From assembly GCA_964016885.1 (NCBI GenBank), contig OZ024751.1, forward strand, positions 45,384,001-45,448,000: 64,000 nt of DNA, read 5' to 3'. The stretch is from Eledone cirrhosa. Lineage: Eukaryota. Below are positions 38,660 to 51,030 of the stretch, piece by piece. Below the pieces are notes generated by a model. The model saw only the letters and a list, made by a program, of their open reading frames with translations, did not search any database and was not told the DNA's origin. A program made the translations under genes and the position numbers. How positions within the stretch are numbered: the stretch's first letter is position 1; each line of letters starts with the position of its first letter.

Positions 38660-38913
38660 AGTGTCTTGTTTCCTTGAGCAAGACACTTTATTTCACATTG
38701 CGCCAGTTTACTCAGCTGTAGAAATGAGATGATAGGACAGGGGTCCCTATCATTCCACTGCAAAGTGGTCGTGGAGGTGCCACGACAAAAAAGCACCCAG
38801 GTTGGTGTTAGGAAGGGCATCCAGCTGTAGAAATCAAGCCAGAATCAGTCCCCATCCCTCCCTTGCAAGCAGGGAAAAGTGGACGTAAAATGAAATGATG
38901 ATGATGATGATGA
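38660..38913 (+). mobile_element. 5'-truncated composite SINE
   Basis: Starts at the CORE-like TTCCTTGAGCAAGACACTTTA; same body and (GAT)n tail as 35641. Confidence 0.88.
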
Positions 38914-39493
38914 TAAATATATATATATATATATAAATATATCTACATATATATAAATATATCTACATATACATATATATATATCTACATATACATATAT
39001 ATATCTACATATCTACATATACATATATATCTACATATACATATATATACATATACATATATATACATATACATATACATATATATATATATACATATAT
39101 ATACATATATATACATATATATATATACATATACATATATACATATACATATATATATATATATACACATATATATATATACATATACATATATACATAT
39201 ATATACATATATACATATATACATATATATACATATACATATACATATATACATATACATATACATATATACATATATATACATATATACATATATATAC
39301 ATATACATATACACATATACATATATACATATATATACATATACACATATACATATATACACATATACATATATATATACATATACATATATATAAATAT
39401 ATCTACATATACATATCTACATATACATATATATATATATATATACACACACATATATATATATATATATACACACACACATATATATACATA
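38914..39493. repeat. ~580-bp compound (TA)/(TACA)/(TACATA) microsatellite
   Basis: Composed almost only of T, A and C in alternating pattern. Confidence 0.97.
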
Positions 39494-39873
39494 TGTATTT
39501 TGTTAAAAAGCCTGAGAGAGGGAGACTTACCGGAAAGAATTTGCAAGGCTGTATATCCTACTGTTATACATTTTAAATAAACAGTGAGAGAACCTAAAGT
39601 CTCCATCCAACAGGGTACAAACTTTACTGGACTGTGTGTGAATCATATATCAACAGTAATCTCATATTATATTGAAGTAGTCATATTAGTAATAGTGGTA
39701 GTAGTGGTAGTAACAGTGGTGGTGGTGGTAATCTCCCTTTAAAACAGGTCTCCTTTATCCTAATAAAACCTATAGGAACATAAATCTATAAGTCTGGCAG
39801 CTGCTTTGTGTGTGTAAATATATATATAAATATATATATGTTTATATATATGTACACAGACACATGTGTATGC

Positions 39874-39928
<55 letters not shown>

Positions 39929-40759
39929 TACACACACACCCTGTGTGTATGTGTTTATATATTTATATGTGTGCATGTCTGTTTTTAAATCCTTTTTGAT
40001 ATGTGTTAGTTTAGTAAACATCACAGTATCTTGATTAATTATAAATCACGCATACACACAGATTCAGAGATACATATGAACACATACAGATATTCATATA
40101 CACATGCACGTAACAAACCTACACAAACACACCCAGATGCACATCACATAAATACAGCCATGCATGCACACTCAAATACACATATATATACATATACAAA
40201 TACACACAGTATATATATATACACACAGACAAATACACAAACATTTGCACACACAAACACAAACATTTAGACAAACACATGCACACACAAACATATATAT
40301 ACACAGACACACAGAAAGGAGCCAAATTAATCGGGTCTAATCCCTTCAATGGGTCCACACAGAGATATGTCCCTGGAGCTCTATAATGACAAACTAACCA
40401 ACAAAAACACAAAGGTAATATATACTACCAGCAGGTGATTTCTATAAAAGTCATTTGTGAATAAAAAGGACAAGCATGTACACACAACACACTCACTCAC
40501 TTATATACATGCACACTCACTCAACACACAAGCATGTACACACAAACACACTCACTCACACACAAGCACGTCCTCACAAACACTTATGTACATGCACATT
40601 GACACAAACACACTTATGCACATGCACATACACACAAGAACATATACACAAACACTTATGCACGTGCACGCAAACACACTCATGTACACATGTGTGTAAG
40701 TGCATATCCTTTTGAAATGAAAAAAAAAAAAAAAATGTGAAGTCTGTATGCTCCTACCT

Positions 40760-41188
40760 ATGAGGTTTGTATTTTATAAGAGGTCCCTTAGATGTTTTAA
40801 TGATAGGGACCCCAGTACTATCATGTTACAGATCACACTTATACAGGTTTAGCGGGCATCTTACAATGTTTCTAAGGTGTTTAAATGATAGGGACCCCAG
40901 TACTATCATGTTATATCTCACACCTATACAGGTTTAGCTGATCTCTTACAAGGTTTGCATCATATAGAAGGTTTCTAAGGTGTTTATGATAGGGGTCCCA
41001 CTACTACAATGCTGTTACAGCTCACATCTATGTAGGTTTAGCAGGCCTCCTATGCAAGTTGTATCTCATAGATCCCTTAGGTATTTCAGTGATAGGGTGC
41101 ACCGTATTATCATGTTGCTGTTATAGATCACACCTATACAGGTTTAGCTGGCCTCCTACAAGGTTGCATCATATAGGAGGTTTCTTAG

Positions 41189-41190
<2 letters not shown>
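40760..41190 (+). repeat. Tandem array (~4 units, 95-120 bp) of a dispersed repeat carrying the ATGATAGGGACCCCAGT.CTATCAT hairpin
   Basis: Recurring GATAGGG...CTATCATGTTACAGCTCACACCTATACAGGTTTAGCTGGCCTCCTACAAGG. Confidence 0.8.
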
Positions 41191-41220
<30 letters not shown>

Positions 41221-41390
41221 GTGTGTGTATTATATAATTTGACATTTGTATTTTGTTTATTGAAACTATCAACATATTGTGACAACCTTCTCCATCTTAT
41301 ATTTTTACCCTTGTTGAAAGTTAACATTTTAAATAAAAATAAAATATGTCCCTAGATTAAGTCCAGTTCTGCTTTACCTAAAGTATTTCA

Positions 41391-41410
41391 ATCATAAATT
41401 GAGATAGCTT

Positions 41411-41442
<32 letters not shown>

Positions 41443-41470
41443 GACACACAAAGCTATCTCAATTTATGAT
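41391..41470. repeat. Perfect 27-bp inverted repeat with a (TG)n(TA)n loop
   Basis: ATCATAAATTGAGATAGCTTTGTGTGT (41391-41417) and its exact reverse complement (41444-41470). Confidence 0.95.
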
Positions 41471-42279
41471 AGAAATATACATACACACACACACACACAC
41501 ACATACATATATATATATACGCGCATATATATAGATCTGGTATGTAGAAATTATTTCTTTATTTAGGTTATGAGAGTAACTTACTGGGTGAAGGGTCAAT
41601 GTCATATCCCACCTTCACCTCTACCCCCTGATCAGTCACTGTTGTATTGTACCCCTGAGAAAATAATTAACTCTCAATAGACTGCACTATATGACAGATT
41701 GATGAGAGAGGGAGGAAAGGGTGATGAAGAAGAAGGAGAGTTTGTTGGCTAGGGTGGAGAGAGGGAAGGTGGTGAGGTAGGCAAGGATAGAGAGGATCAA
41801 GAGGGAGGTGCTGCTTCCTCCAAAAGCAAGGAAGATGGATGTTAAATGATGTTGATGATGTTGATGGTAGAGAGTGGTGAACATGATTGAAAGGAAACCT
41901 TGATCAATACTGTACTAAATAGATTTCTTAAAATGCAGATGCCTGGCCTGTCTGGGAGGTCAATAGCCCTGCTTCTATACTGACTTGGGTCTATATAGAC
42001 CCATCCAACCCTTGCTAGCAAGGAAAGCTGATATTAAAACAGTGATGATGATACTATTTTATGTGAAGTTTCAAACCCCATGAAATGAAATTAGAGATCA
42101 CTTTTCTTTCTACACTCTTCACTACTGAACTAAATAGATTATTTAGTTTTATAGTTAAGAATTGGAGACAGAGAAAGTATTGAACTAGAAATCTATGGAC
42201 TTTGAATTGTTTCCAGAATATATATATATATTCTAATACAATGGAAAATAATTATACATTCTGATACTATGGCAGATGG

Positions 42280-42690
42280 AATGGACTTCCATTGATTTCA
42301 ACGATCTGTGTTCCATTTGTTTGATCAACAGCAGAACAATGGCCTGCTTATGAAATTAACTTGTAATGTGGCTGAGTATTCCACTGAGATGTGTACCTTT
42401 AATGTAGTTCTCAGAGAGATTCAGTGATGTATGTTCCAGTTGTTTGATCAATGGAACAGCTTGGTCATGAAATTAACTTGACAAGTGTACCGTTAACATA
42501 ATTCTCAGGGAGATTCAGTATGATATAGCATGATAAATCTGGCCCTTTGAAATACAAGTACAGTCTATCTTGTATTATAGTGTAAATGGCTGAGTATTCC
42601 GCAGAAACTTGTACTTTTAATGTAATTCTCAGGGAGATTCAGCATGACACAGCCTATGACATGACCGGCCCTTTGAATTACAGGTACAGT
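42280..42690 (+). repeat. Dispersed repeat family (GAAATTAAC.TGCAAGTGGCTGAGTATTCCACAGACAC.TGTACC.TTAA.GTAGTTCTCAGGGAGATTCAG), about three partial tandem copies
   Basis: Further copies at ~15435-15560 (minus), 50290-50420, 51590-51715 and 56475-56600. Confidence 0.7.
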
Positions 42691-43224
42691 CAATCATATA
42701 AGCTTCCAAAGAGTTTCCATCAACCCAATTTCACCCACAAGGCTTGGGTTTACCTGAAGCTACGGTAAATGACACAATGTCATGCAGTGGGATTGAACCC
42801 AGGACCTAATATAAAGTAGAAGGATTTTAAACACAATCACAGTTTCTGGTGGTTGTATTGATAGTATGTGAGTGCAATACCAATTACATAACTGAGTAGC
42901 AGTCACTGCAGAGTAACATAAAAACTATGTAATATGATGGCTGAGGCTGATGATGCCTGTTGCCTTCATACCAGTAATTGGTACAGGTTGGTTGGTGTTG
43001 GAATTTAATTTATGACTATAGTGGTATGGTATGGTAGATAGGATTCATTGTAGGATTATAATTTGCATTCGTAGATAACATGGGTTTGGTATAGATTTGT
43101 TTACATTCTAGTTAAGGCAAATACAGTCGGAGTTATATATTCAAATAGCAAAACAAAACAAGTAACAACTTGTGAGAAAGACTTTGAATACACATACACT
43201 GATGTATGGATAAAAACGAGGAGT

Positions 43225-43630
43225 TTAAATACAATCACATACACACATACATGAATAAAAATGTAGGAATTTTAATACAATCACACACACACACACATAT
43301 ATATGAAAATGAAGATTTTAAACACAATCAAACACATATACACTTATATTAGAATAAAAATGTGAATTTTAAATACACACACATGAATAAAAATGTAAAT
43401 TTTAAACACAAACATGAATAAAAATGTGAATTTTAAATACACACACATGAATAAAAATGTGAATTTTAAATACACACACATGAATAAAAATGTGAATTTT
43501 AAACACAAACACACATGAATAAAAATGTGAATTTTAAACACAAACACACATGAATAAAAATGTGAATTTTAAACACAAACACACATACGATTTAAAACGA
43601 AGATTTTAAACATACACATGAATAAAAACA
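43225..43630. repeat. ~30-34-bp AT-rich minisatellite
   Basis: ACACACATGAATAAAAATGTGAATTTTAAA(T/C), about 10 units. Confidence 0.9.
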
Positions 43631-43778
43631 AAACATTTAAATAGTAAAAACTTACAATTAAAAAATAAAACAAAGGCAGGAAACAAATCAGTAAAAAAAT
43701 GGCAGAAATTAACCAGAATCCTCAAAACTACAACAAAATGGTGAAGTATAAATGTTTGATTTTCCAACAACAACAATG

Positions 43779-43903
43779 ATAATAATTGTTTCTACTTTTG
43801 GCACAAGGCCAGCAATTATCCCAGTGTATTACTGGTACTTTATTTTATCGACCCTGTAAGGATGAAAGGCAAAGTTAACCTCGGCGGGATCTGAACTCAG
43901 ATC
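43779..43903 (-). mobile_element. 5'-truncated Meta-like SINE in an (AAT)n tract
   Basis: AATAATTGTTTCTACTTTTGGCACAAGGCCAGC...GTAAGGATGAAAGGCAAAGTTAACCTCGGCGGGATCTGAACTCAG. Confidence 0.88.
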
Positions 43904-45499
43904 ATAATAATGATAATAATAATGGTATTACTAATACTACTACCAATAATAATGGTAATACTAATATTACTAATAGTACTACTGATAATACTAAATAAAT
44001 ATAACAAGAATGAAAATAAAAAGATAAATTTAGTTCCCAATAAAGATACAATGTGCATGTAATGGTTCGATTTGGGGAGTCTTGGAGATATTTTTCCTAC
44101 CAATAAATAGATTCTGCAATTAAGACATCAAAAGAACCACTTTAAACACACACACACACATATATATACAGAGAGACACACACACACAGGCACATACACA
44201 AACATACAGATATTGTATGCAGACACACACACACACACTATCATTAAATGAAATAATCAGTAATTAAATTGTTGTTGCTGTGATTTGAGATCACGGCAAA
44301 AGAAATAAGTGATATTTGCTATCAGAAACCTGTCAGAAACAACAACAATACCAATTTTAGCAGCAGCACCCCCACCACTGACAATATCAATAACAACATT
44401 CACTTTACCAACGTCAACAATAACAACAACAACATCCATTTTAGCAGCACCACGATGCCTACAATATCAATAACATTCACTTTACCAACAACAAGGTCAA
44501 CAACATCCTTCATTTTACCATAACCACCACCACCCTTCATTTTACCACCACCACCACTACCCTTCATTTTACCATAACCACCACCACTACCACCACCAAC
44601 GACAACAACAACACCAAAACTAAAAACCACAAATTCCAATGAATGTCTTTCTAGAGCAAATTCTTTAAAAGAATCGATTACCAATTGTCTTGGAGAGAGA
44701 GAGAGAGAGAGATCTGGAATTTAACAGTTGATAAATAAGAGTTCTTGAAGTATCAATAATTGGATGGTATTGATGGCTGTGGTGGTATTGGTAGCAGTGG
44801 TGGTGATTGTGGTGGCATTGGTGACTGGTTGTGGTAGCTGTGGTTGTAGTTTGAGGCCATGGTAGTAGTGGTAGTGTTAGGAGTGAAGGAAAGGAAGAAA
44901 GACAGCAAACTACTTGAAGATTCTGTAGTCTAAATATTTCCTAGGTTAGAAATTCTAGTAAGTTTATGTGTGTGGTGGCATGTGTGGTGTGAGTATTGTG
45001 TATGTAGTGTTATGTGTACAGTGTACTTTTATTGTATAGATCACCAGCACTAGGGAGGTTGTCATGTCCTTGACACAACTAAAGGTTCCTCCCAACCCCT
45101 TGTTTTGCAAGCTTTCTATGGCAGGATGCCCTTCCTATCACCAACTACTTTACAGCATGTATGTTTATGTATGTCTATCTGCCTCTATCTCTTCACACTG
45201 ACATTGTTGAAAGTGGTGACATTTGTTTATATCCTTCATAAACAGTACACGTCCACAGTGTACCAGTTTGACGAATGGATTGCACCAAGGACACAATTAG
45301 CCATAGAGTAATTGCTTCAAAATGTCTTGTCCAACCACTACAACCATGAACAAGTGGATGCGATGACGACGATGATGATGAAAATAAATTTAGCATAATC
45401 AAATTCAACCATTCTGATACCAACTTGCCCTGAACCTCCTCTGGTTCAATGAAACAAAGCCACTCACATTTTCAAGTGTTTCTATTTAAATTAAAATCT

Positions 45500-45737
45500 T
45501 CTTCACCCACTTATTCCCGTGAGGGTTGTGGGGGCAGAGTCCTCAAACACTCGCTCCACCAGATCCTGTTAGAAGCACCGTCTCCAACTGATCTGGCTGC
45601 ATCCCCAAGCGTGAACAGCTAAGCTCATGGATGTTATCCAACCATCTTGCTCGGGGTCTACCCCTGGTTCTCCTACCAGTTGGTTTAGCCCGTAAAATCT
45701 GTCCACCAATTCTTTCTTGAGACATTCTAACCACATT
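45500..45737 (-). mobile_element. RTE LINE 3' fragment nested in a piggyBac-type MITE (~45404-45898)
   Basis: VVRMSQERIGGQILRAKPTGRRTRGRPRARWLDNIHEL, the typical RTE C-terminal R-x-R-G-R-P-x-x-x-W motif. Confidence 0.8.
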
Positions 45738-46606
45738 AAAATCTAACAATTTGACATAAGAACTTTTTGTTAAATTATTTTACAAATATCACCTAGATAA
45801 TGAAATAATTCACAATCTTAATAAACCCCTCAAAATTCTTCATTAATTAATTGAAATACAGCATAATTTCATATAAAATATGGCCATGAAAGAGTTAAAA
45901 CAACATTATTTTTTTATATTTTAAATACATTTTCTACTTCCACTTCAGAATTACTATCTTGTCAGTACCAATGTACTAAAAAAAACAACAACAAAAAAAA
46001 TGGTTCCTATTTAGAATAACTTCTTCAAGACCTTGACTAGTGACAGCAGCAGCTGTGGAATTGAAAGGTTTCGCTCAGTTCAGCTTGCGTGTGCACAGAT
46101 CTACAGATCATCACTAAAACTTTTAAATGTATCTATAACATTTAAAGTGGTGTACCTATGATATTTCCGGCAACAGTTGCAAAGCAAAGCAAAGCAAATT
46201 TTCTTTTAAAAAAAGAGAGGAGAGGAGGGAAGAAAAAATGTAATAAAATAAAAGAAATATAAAAGGTATAAAAATCTACTAGCTTCTGTATTAATTCTGA
46301 CACCTTACAAGTTATATATATATATTACACATACATATACACACACAACTCTCCTCATACAAGTTATATATATATATACATCCCTCCACATACATTTACC
46401 AATGATTTAGTCATTATTTACCAATTTTACTTTGTCTTTACATCTGTTCTGATGACTCACTCTAGTCTACGATAATATATACACACACCATTGATTACAC
46501 CCAAGAACTACAGACTATTGCTTCTACACACAAGTATATATATATACATATATAAACATACATACTCACTGCTGGTGACACATGGTGTGATGGAGTGTAG
46601 CTAACA

Positions 46607-47060
46607 AACTTAATTTGTCGAATTGTCATCACAAAAAACTAGATATTTTCCCAGAATAATGTTCAAATATACATTTGTAGAGTTGCGATGACATAAAACT
46701 AAATTTTTTCACAGTATAACATTCAAATCTTAATTTGTGGAGTTGTGATCACATAAAACTAGATTTTTTTCACAATACAATGTTCAAATCTTTATTTGTG
46801 GAGTTGCCATCACACAAAGCTAGATTTTTTCACAGTATATGTGGTAAGAAACTCTCAGGAGAGCTGGACAACAGAAGGTCTTCAAAGAAGAAACCTCTCT
46901 CAAGTAAATGTTTTGGGCCTTAATGTTTAAAACTTTATTTGTGGAGTTGCCATCGCACAAACCTAGATATTTTCACAGTATAATGTTCAAACTCTGTCGT
47001 TTGTGTAGTTGGATCACACAAAGCTAGTTTGTTTCATAGTATGATGATCAAATCTTGATT
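46607..47060. repeat. Diverged ~60-bp tandem repeat, about 6 units, with an ~80-bp interruption
   Basis: TTCAAATCTT.ATTTGTGGAGTTG.CATCACA.AAA.CTAGAT.TTTTCACAGTATAATG. Confidence 0.85.
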
Positions 47061-47929
47061 TAAGCATTTCCAGAGGAAGGAGAATGTGTAATGTTTATCG
47101 AGAAGTAAAGTTCAAACAAGGAAAAGACTTGAAAAAGACCAAACTGAACCTGTTTAGCAACCTCAGCAATGTTGGAACAATCAGGAATAAATGAAATGGA
47201 AAATAATACATGGTTTATAAAGTGCTCAGAGCACACACACACACTCTTTCTTTGTCTCACACACACAGCGATACTCATAGAGACATACTTATACAAACAC
47301 ACACTAAATCAAATCGAAAATACAGACGTTATATAAAGTGCTCAGAGTGCACACACAAATACATGCACACATTCTCTTGGACATTTGTGCGTGCACTCAT
47401 TCACACAAGCCAGCACACACACCCACACTAAGTAAGATTGACTAAATATTATCTATAGCTAAATTTATTATCCAAACATGCCACCAGACATAGCCAGTGT
47501 AGTCATGGTTATAATATCTATAGTTAGTGTTTTTGAGAGTGGGTTTCTAGGAAATTCTAGGACTCTACGAAAAATATATCTAGGGTTCAGCAATTATTTT
47601 TGGAAGAGGGGTGAGGGTGGGCGAAATCTTATAAAGGTTTCTTCACAAAATAAGTTTGTACTAATTTTTAGAATGGATGTTTTATAATTTCAATATACAC
47701 AGTCTTCAATTTCTTCTACTATTTATCTGTAAGGCAATATATAGGGTTATGATAATGCCCCCATATTATTTTGTAGGCCTAAGTCAGTCTCTGTAGAATG
47801 AAGGTGGAGTACTAAGGTTGAAAAGAGAATGTTGACGTTATAGAAGGTGAAGATTGAACCACCATTAAATTGAGATAGATATGCTGGCAGATGTGCATTC
47901 AAGAAAAAGTAAATTATATATATATATTT

Positions 47930-48541
47930 GTCAACTCTGGCTGTCGGTGAGCATGTCCAGCTAACCTCAGTCTCCTTTGTGTCACTTTTGAGCTGACTTT
48001 TGGGAGGCTCCCATACAGCTCTGAGTTTTTCATCCTCAGCATTCTCGTGTAGCACCCATCCACCATCTGAGTGAGTTTCTTGGTCAGTGTCCAAGTCTCA
48101 GACCCGTACAGCAATGAAGAGGCAGATTTTCAGGTCTTTACGAAGGTCCGACTTCCACACTGATCTCAAGCTGTGGCACGCCGCCCAGGCTTTGCTCTTC
48201 CTCTCAACCACATCATCTTCCGTATTCCCAATCTTTGCTCCCAAATACAGGAAGCCCTCAACCAATTCTAGCAGCTTCCCGCCTACATTAGTGATCCCTT
48301 CTGGCTTCTCAACATTCTCTACCAGATATTTTGTTTTAGTCTCATTCATTCTCAGTCCCACACTCATCGACACAGTCTCAACCTCCCGCATCAAATCCTC
48401 TGCCTCCTTCACTGTATTTGTCACCAAAACTATGTCGTCGGCAAATTCAGCATCTGATACCTTTTTCACCTTAACTCTCCTACTCTGAGCCGGTGCTACA
48501 GTAAAGCCAGAGTCCTGGTGTTTCTCCAGTGCAAGGCGCAT
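47930..48541 (-). pseudogene. RTE reverse-transcriptase fragment: inverted 5' part of one insertion
   Basis: DAEFADDIVL, GLRMNETKTKY, FLYLG, LYGSETWTLT, RRLRLAGHAHRQPEL, with small deletions and a frameshift. Confidence 0.9.
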
Positions 48542-48705
48542 ACATGGATACACTGGAAGAGGAAGACCAAGGTTAACGTATGTTGATGCCCTAAGGACAG
48601 ACACTGGTCTGTTGGAGACGCAGGACATGGCAGCGATAATGAGGGACAGAGACCGCTGGAGAGAACTCGTCCATGGATCTCGGGAATTTTACCCGCCCTA
48701 GATAG
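48539..48705 (+). mobile_element. RTE 3' terminal segment: non-inverted part of the same insertion
   Basis: IHGYTGRGRPRLTYVDALRTDTG..MRDRDRWRELVHGSREFYPP* (stop 48699-48701), short (TAGA) tail; ATATATATTT at 47920-47929 and 48706-48715. Confidence 0.85.
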
Positions 48706-48836
48706 ATATATATTTATTAAGGTTTGTTGGTTCACCACTGGAAGGAACTGGTCATTCCGTATGGTCAACCTCGATGTAATATTATGCTTTTCAGCCCCAT
48801 GGATTTTGTCTATTATATTCCTTTGTTATATTTCGA

Positions 48837-48900
48837 ATACCAGATGATGTCACCGGATTCATACTGAACCCGGTCATTGAAATGATCATAGTATAATAAA
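48837..48900 (+). ncRNA. Minimal type I hammerhead-like motif with one core substitution (Penelope-type relic)
   Basis: ATAC | CAGATGA | stem II ACCGG-ATTCA-TAC-TGAAC-CCGGT | GAA | palindrome ATGATCAT | A | GTAT, followed by AATAAA. Confidence 0.5.
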
Positions 48901-48957
48901 CCTTTCAAGGAATTACACCAGTCCAGCCTCCTGTTATTTTATATATATATATATATG

Positions 48958-49187
48958 TATGTAAAAAGTAAACAGAAATAACAAAGCAAACAACAGAGCA
49001 CATTGAAGAGATATATTAGTTTAACGCTTGAAATAGCAGGAAAAGAGCCTAAATGTTTTGGACACTAGTCCTTTATCAGAAGATAGAGTTAGAAATAAAA
49101 GATAAAGAGTGAGAAGAGGAAGGAATGGGAAAAAAATGAGGAAAATAGAGGCGAAAAAAAACCCGCACGTTTTCAGTCAGCCATTTT
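48958..49187 (-). mobile_element. Penelope-like terminal-repeat relic with decayed hammerhead (family of 23275-23503)
   Basis: Minus CTGATAA-A-GGAC-TAGT-GTCC-AAAACATTT (49079-49051); shared end CAGTCAGCCATTTT. Confidence 0.6.
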
Positions 49188-50774
49188 GGAGATTTATATA
49201 TATATAGGCTTGCCAAATAAAAAGGTTGAGAGGACTCTTCATCTGTATCAAAGACATGACAACCTCCCTAGAGCTGGTGCCAAGATAAGTCATTCGATAG
49301 AGCATGGGAACGTTTTTTGTGAGCAAGATGTTGGTCTCTTGTTTGCCCAAGCACCCTGGCCCAGTGCAGGAACGTTTTAAGTGATACAGACCCCTTGGCC
49401 CATCTTAGAGGTCTTACCAGCAGCAAAAACTGCTATTAAATGATGATAATGACAGAAACAGATGTTCATCCAAATATAAACACACACTAACAAACATGCA
49501 CTAAGACACAAACACACATACATACTAATTTCATAAGAAATATCACTAAAACTACACAATTAAAAGAAATGCTACATTCAACTTTACAAAATATAATAAA
49601 TGAAATTATCAGACAAAATTATTAAACGTAATTAATTTTAAAAGTAGTAACTAATGCAATAGACAGCCATTTAAAATATTTGTCTTCTCGTTAATAAATC
49701 CAGTAATTGTATTTCTTTGATATTCAACCATCATATTCGTCATATTGTTGTAGCAGGTAATTAGACTAAGTCTTTAGTATTGTTTGGTATATATAATTGT
49801 TGAAAAACAGATTAATGAGTTTATAGATTTTTTTTTTACTAAACACTACTTGAAACCTACTTATTATAAAATTATGTCTGAGTACAAACAATTAGCTAGG
49901 GTGGTGTAAAACAACAGGGTAGGTGGAGAAGGGTAGAGTAGAACAGAGGGTTGGTGATGTCTCGAGTGGTTGCACATATTTATTTATGTATTTATGTGAC
50001 TTCAAATAATATACACGTACAATACAGGTATTGCTATGTGATAAACAGAGACAAAGACACATGTTCTCACACACACACGACAGGTTCCTGCACAATTTCT
50101 GTCTACCAAATTTTATTCACAAAGCATTAATTGGCTGGAAGCTATAGTAGAAGATATTTGCTCAAGGTGTCTCACAGTAGGATTGACAGAGAAACCATGT
50201 GGTTGTGAAGTGAAGTTTTTAACCTCACAGGCCTTCCTACATTTTAAGATTAACTCAGATACATGAATGTTGGGTCTCTGTTGGTTCTGACAAGTCTTCC
50301 AGCTGTTCAAAAAAATGAAACAGCCTGCTTGTGAAATTAATGTGCAAGTGGCAAAGCATTCTACAGACACGTGTACCTTTAACCTAATTCTCAGGGAGAT
50401 TCAGCATGACACAGCATTAGTCAAGGAAAATTATAGGTATTTCAGTTCATTTAGATATTTTTTCACATTTTTCATTAATTGTTTATAGTAACCTGTATGA
50501 GCAAGGCATGTTCAGCCGACCAGACACTGCCCACAACATAACAACCCGTCTAACCCATGCTAGCATGGAAGAACGGACGTAAAACGGTGATGATGATGAT
50601 GAGATACACAGTATCCCTGCATGTTGTGTAGAGCAAGGGTTGGTGTCAGAAAGGGCATATGGCTAAAGAAGTCCCATCTAACCCATGCCAGCAGGCAAAA
50701 GTGGATGTAAAGATGATTATTTTGAACTCATTTTTGGCAACGGAATGGACTGAAGCAACAGGAATCCAAAGTGG

Positions 50775-51030
50775 TGTGTAAAAGAGAAGAGTGCATTGGT
50801 ACTGACATCCGATGTTCATGAACAATGATCCCTGAGTGAAGAAGTGCCAGGAAAACCACGTGGAAGGAAGCTGCAATAGAGGAAGATCAAGAAGACCTAG
50901 GCAGAGCTGATCTCAAATCACTAAGACTCACAAAGGAGATAATTAAGGAATGTGGTGAGTGGAGATATGCAGTGCTGAAAAGGACCCATCCAATCCATGC
51001 AAGCATGGAAAAAATGGACTTAAAATTGCT
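50775..51030 (+). mobile_element. Degenerate RTE LINE 3' fragment
   Basis: Colinear with 62590-62850 (GTGAAGAAGTGCCAGGAAA, AGAGGAAGA.CAAG, GCAGTGCTGAAAAGGACCCATCCAA). Confidence 0.75.

Noticed and set aside
38985-39478. Y/I/C/V/M-rich and H/T-rich ORFs here and near 6.8, 8.2, 15, 34.8, 40, 53, 55, 61.5 and 63.3 kb
   Set aside because: Translations of (TA)n, (CA)n and (GA)n microsatellites.
44257-44684. Gly/Val-rich minus-strand ORFs (GGGYGKMKG)
   Set aside because: Derived from (CCA)/(ACA) simple repeats, with no splice or start support.
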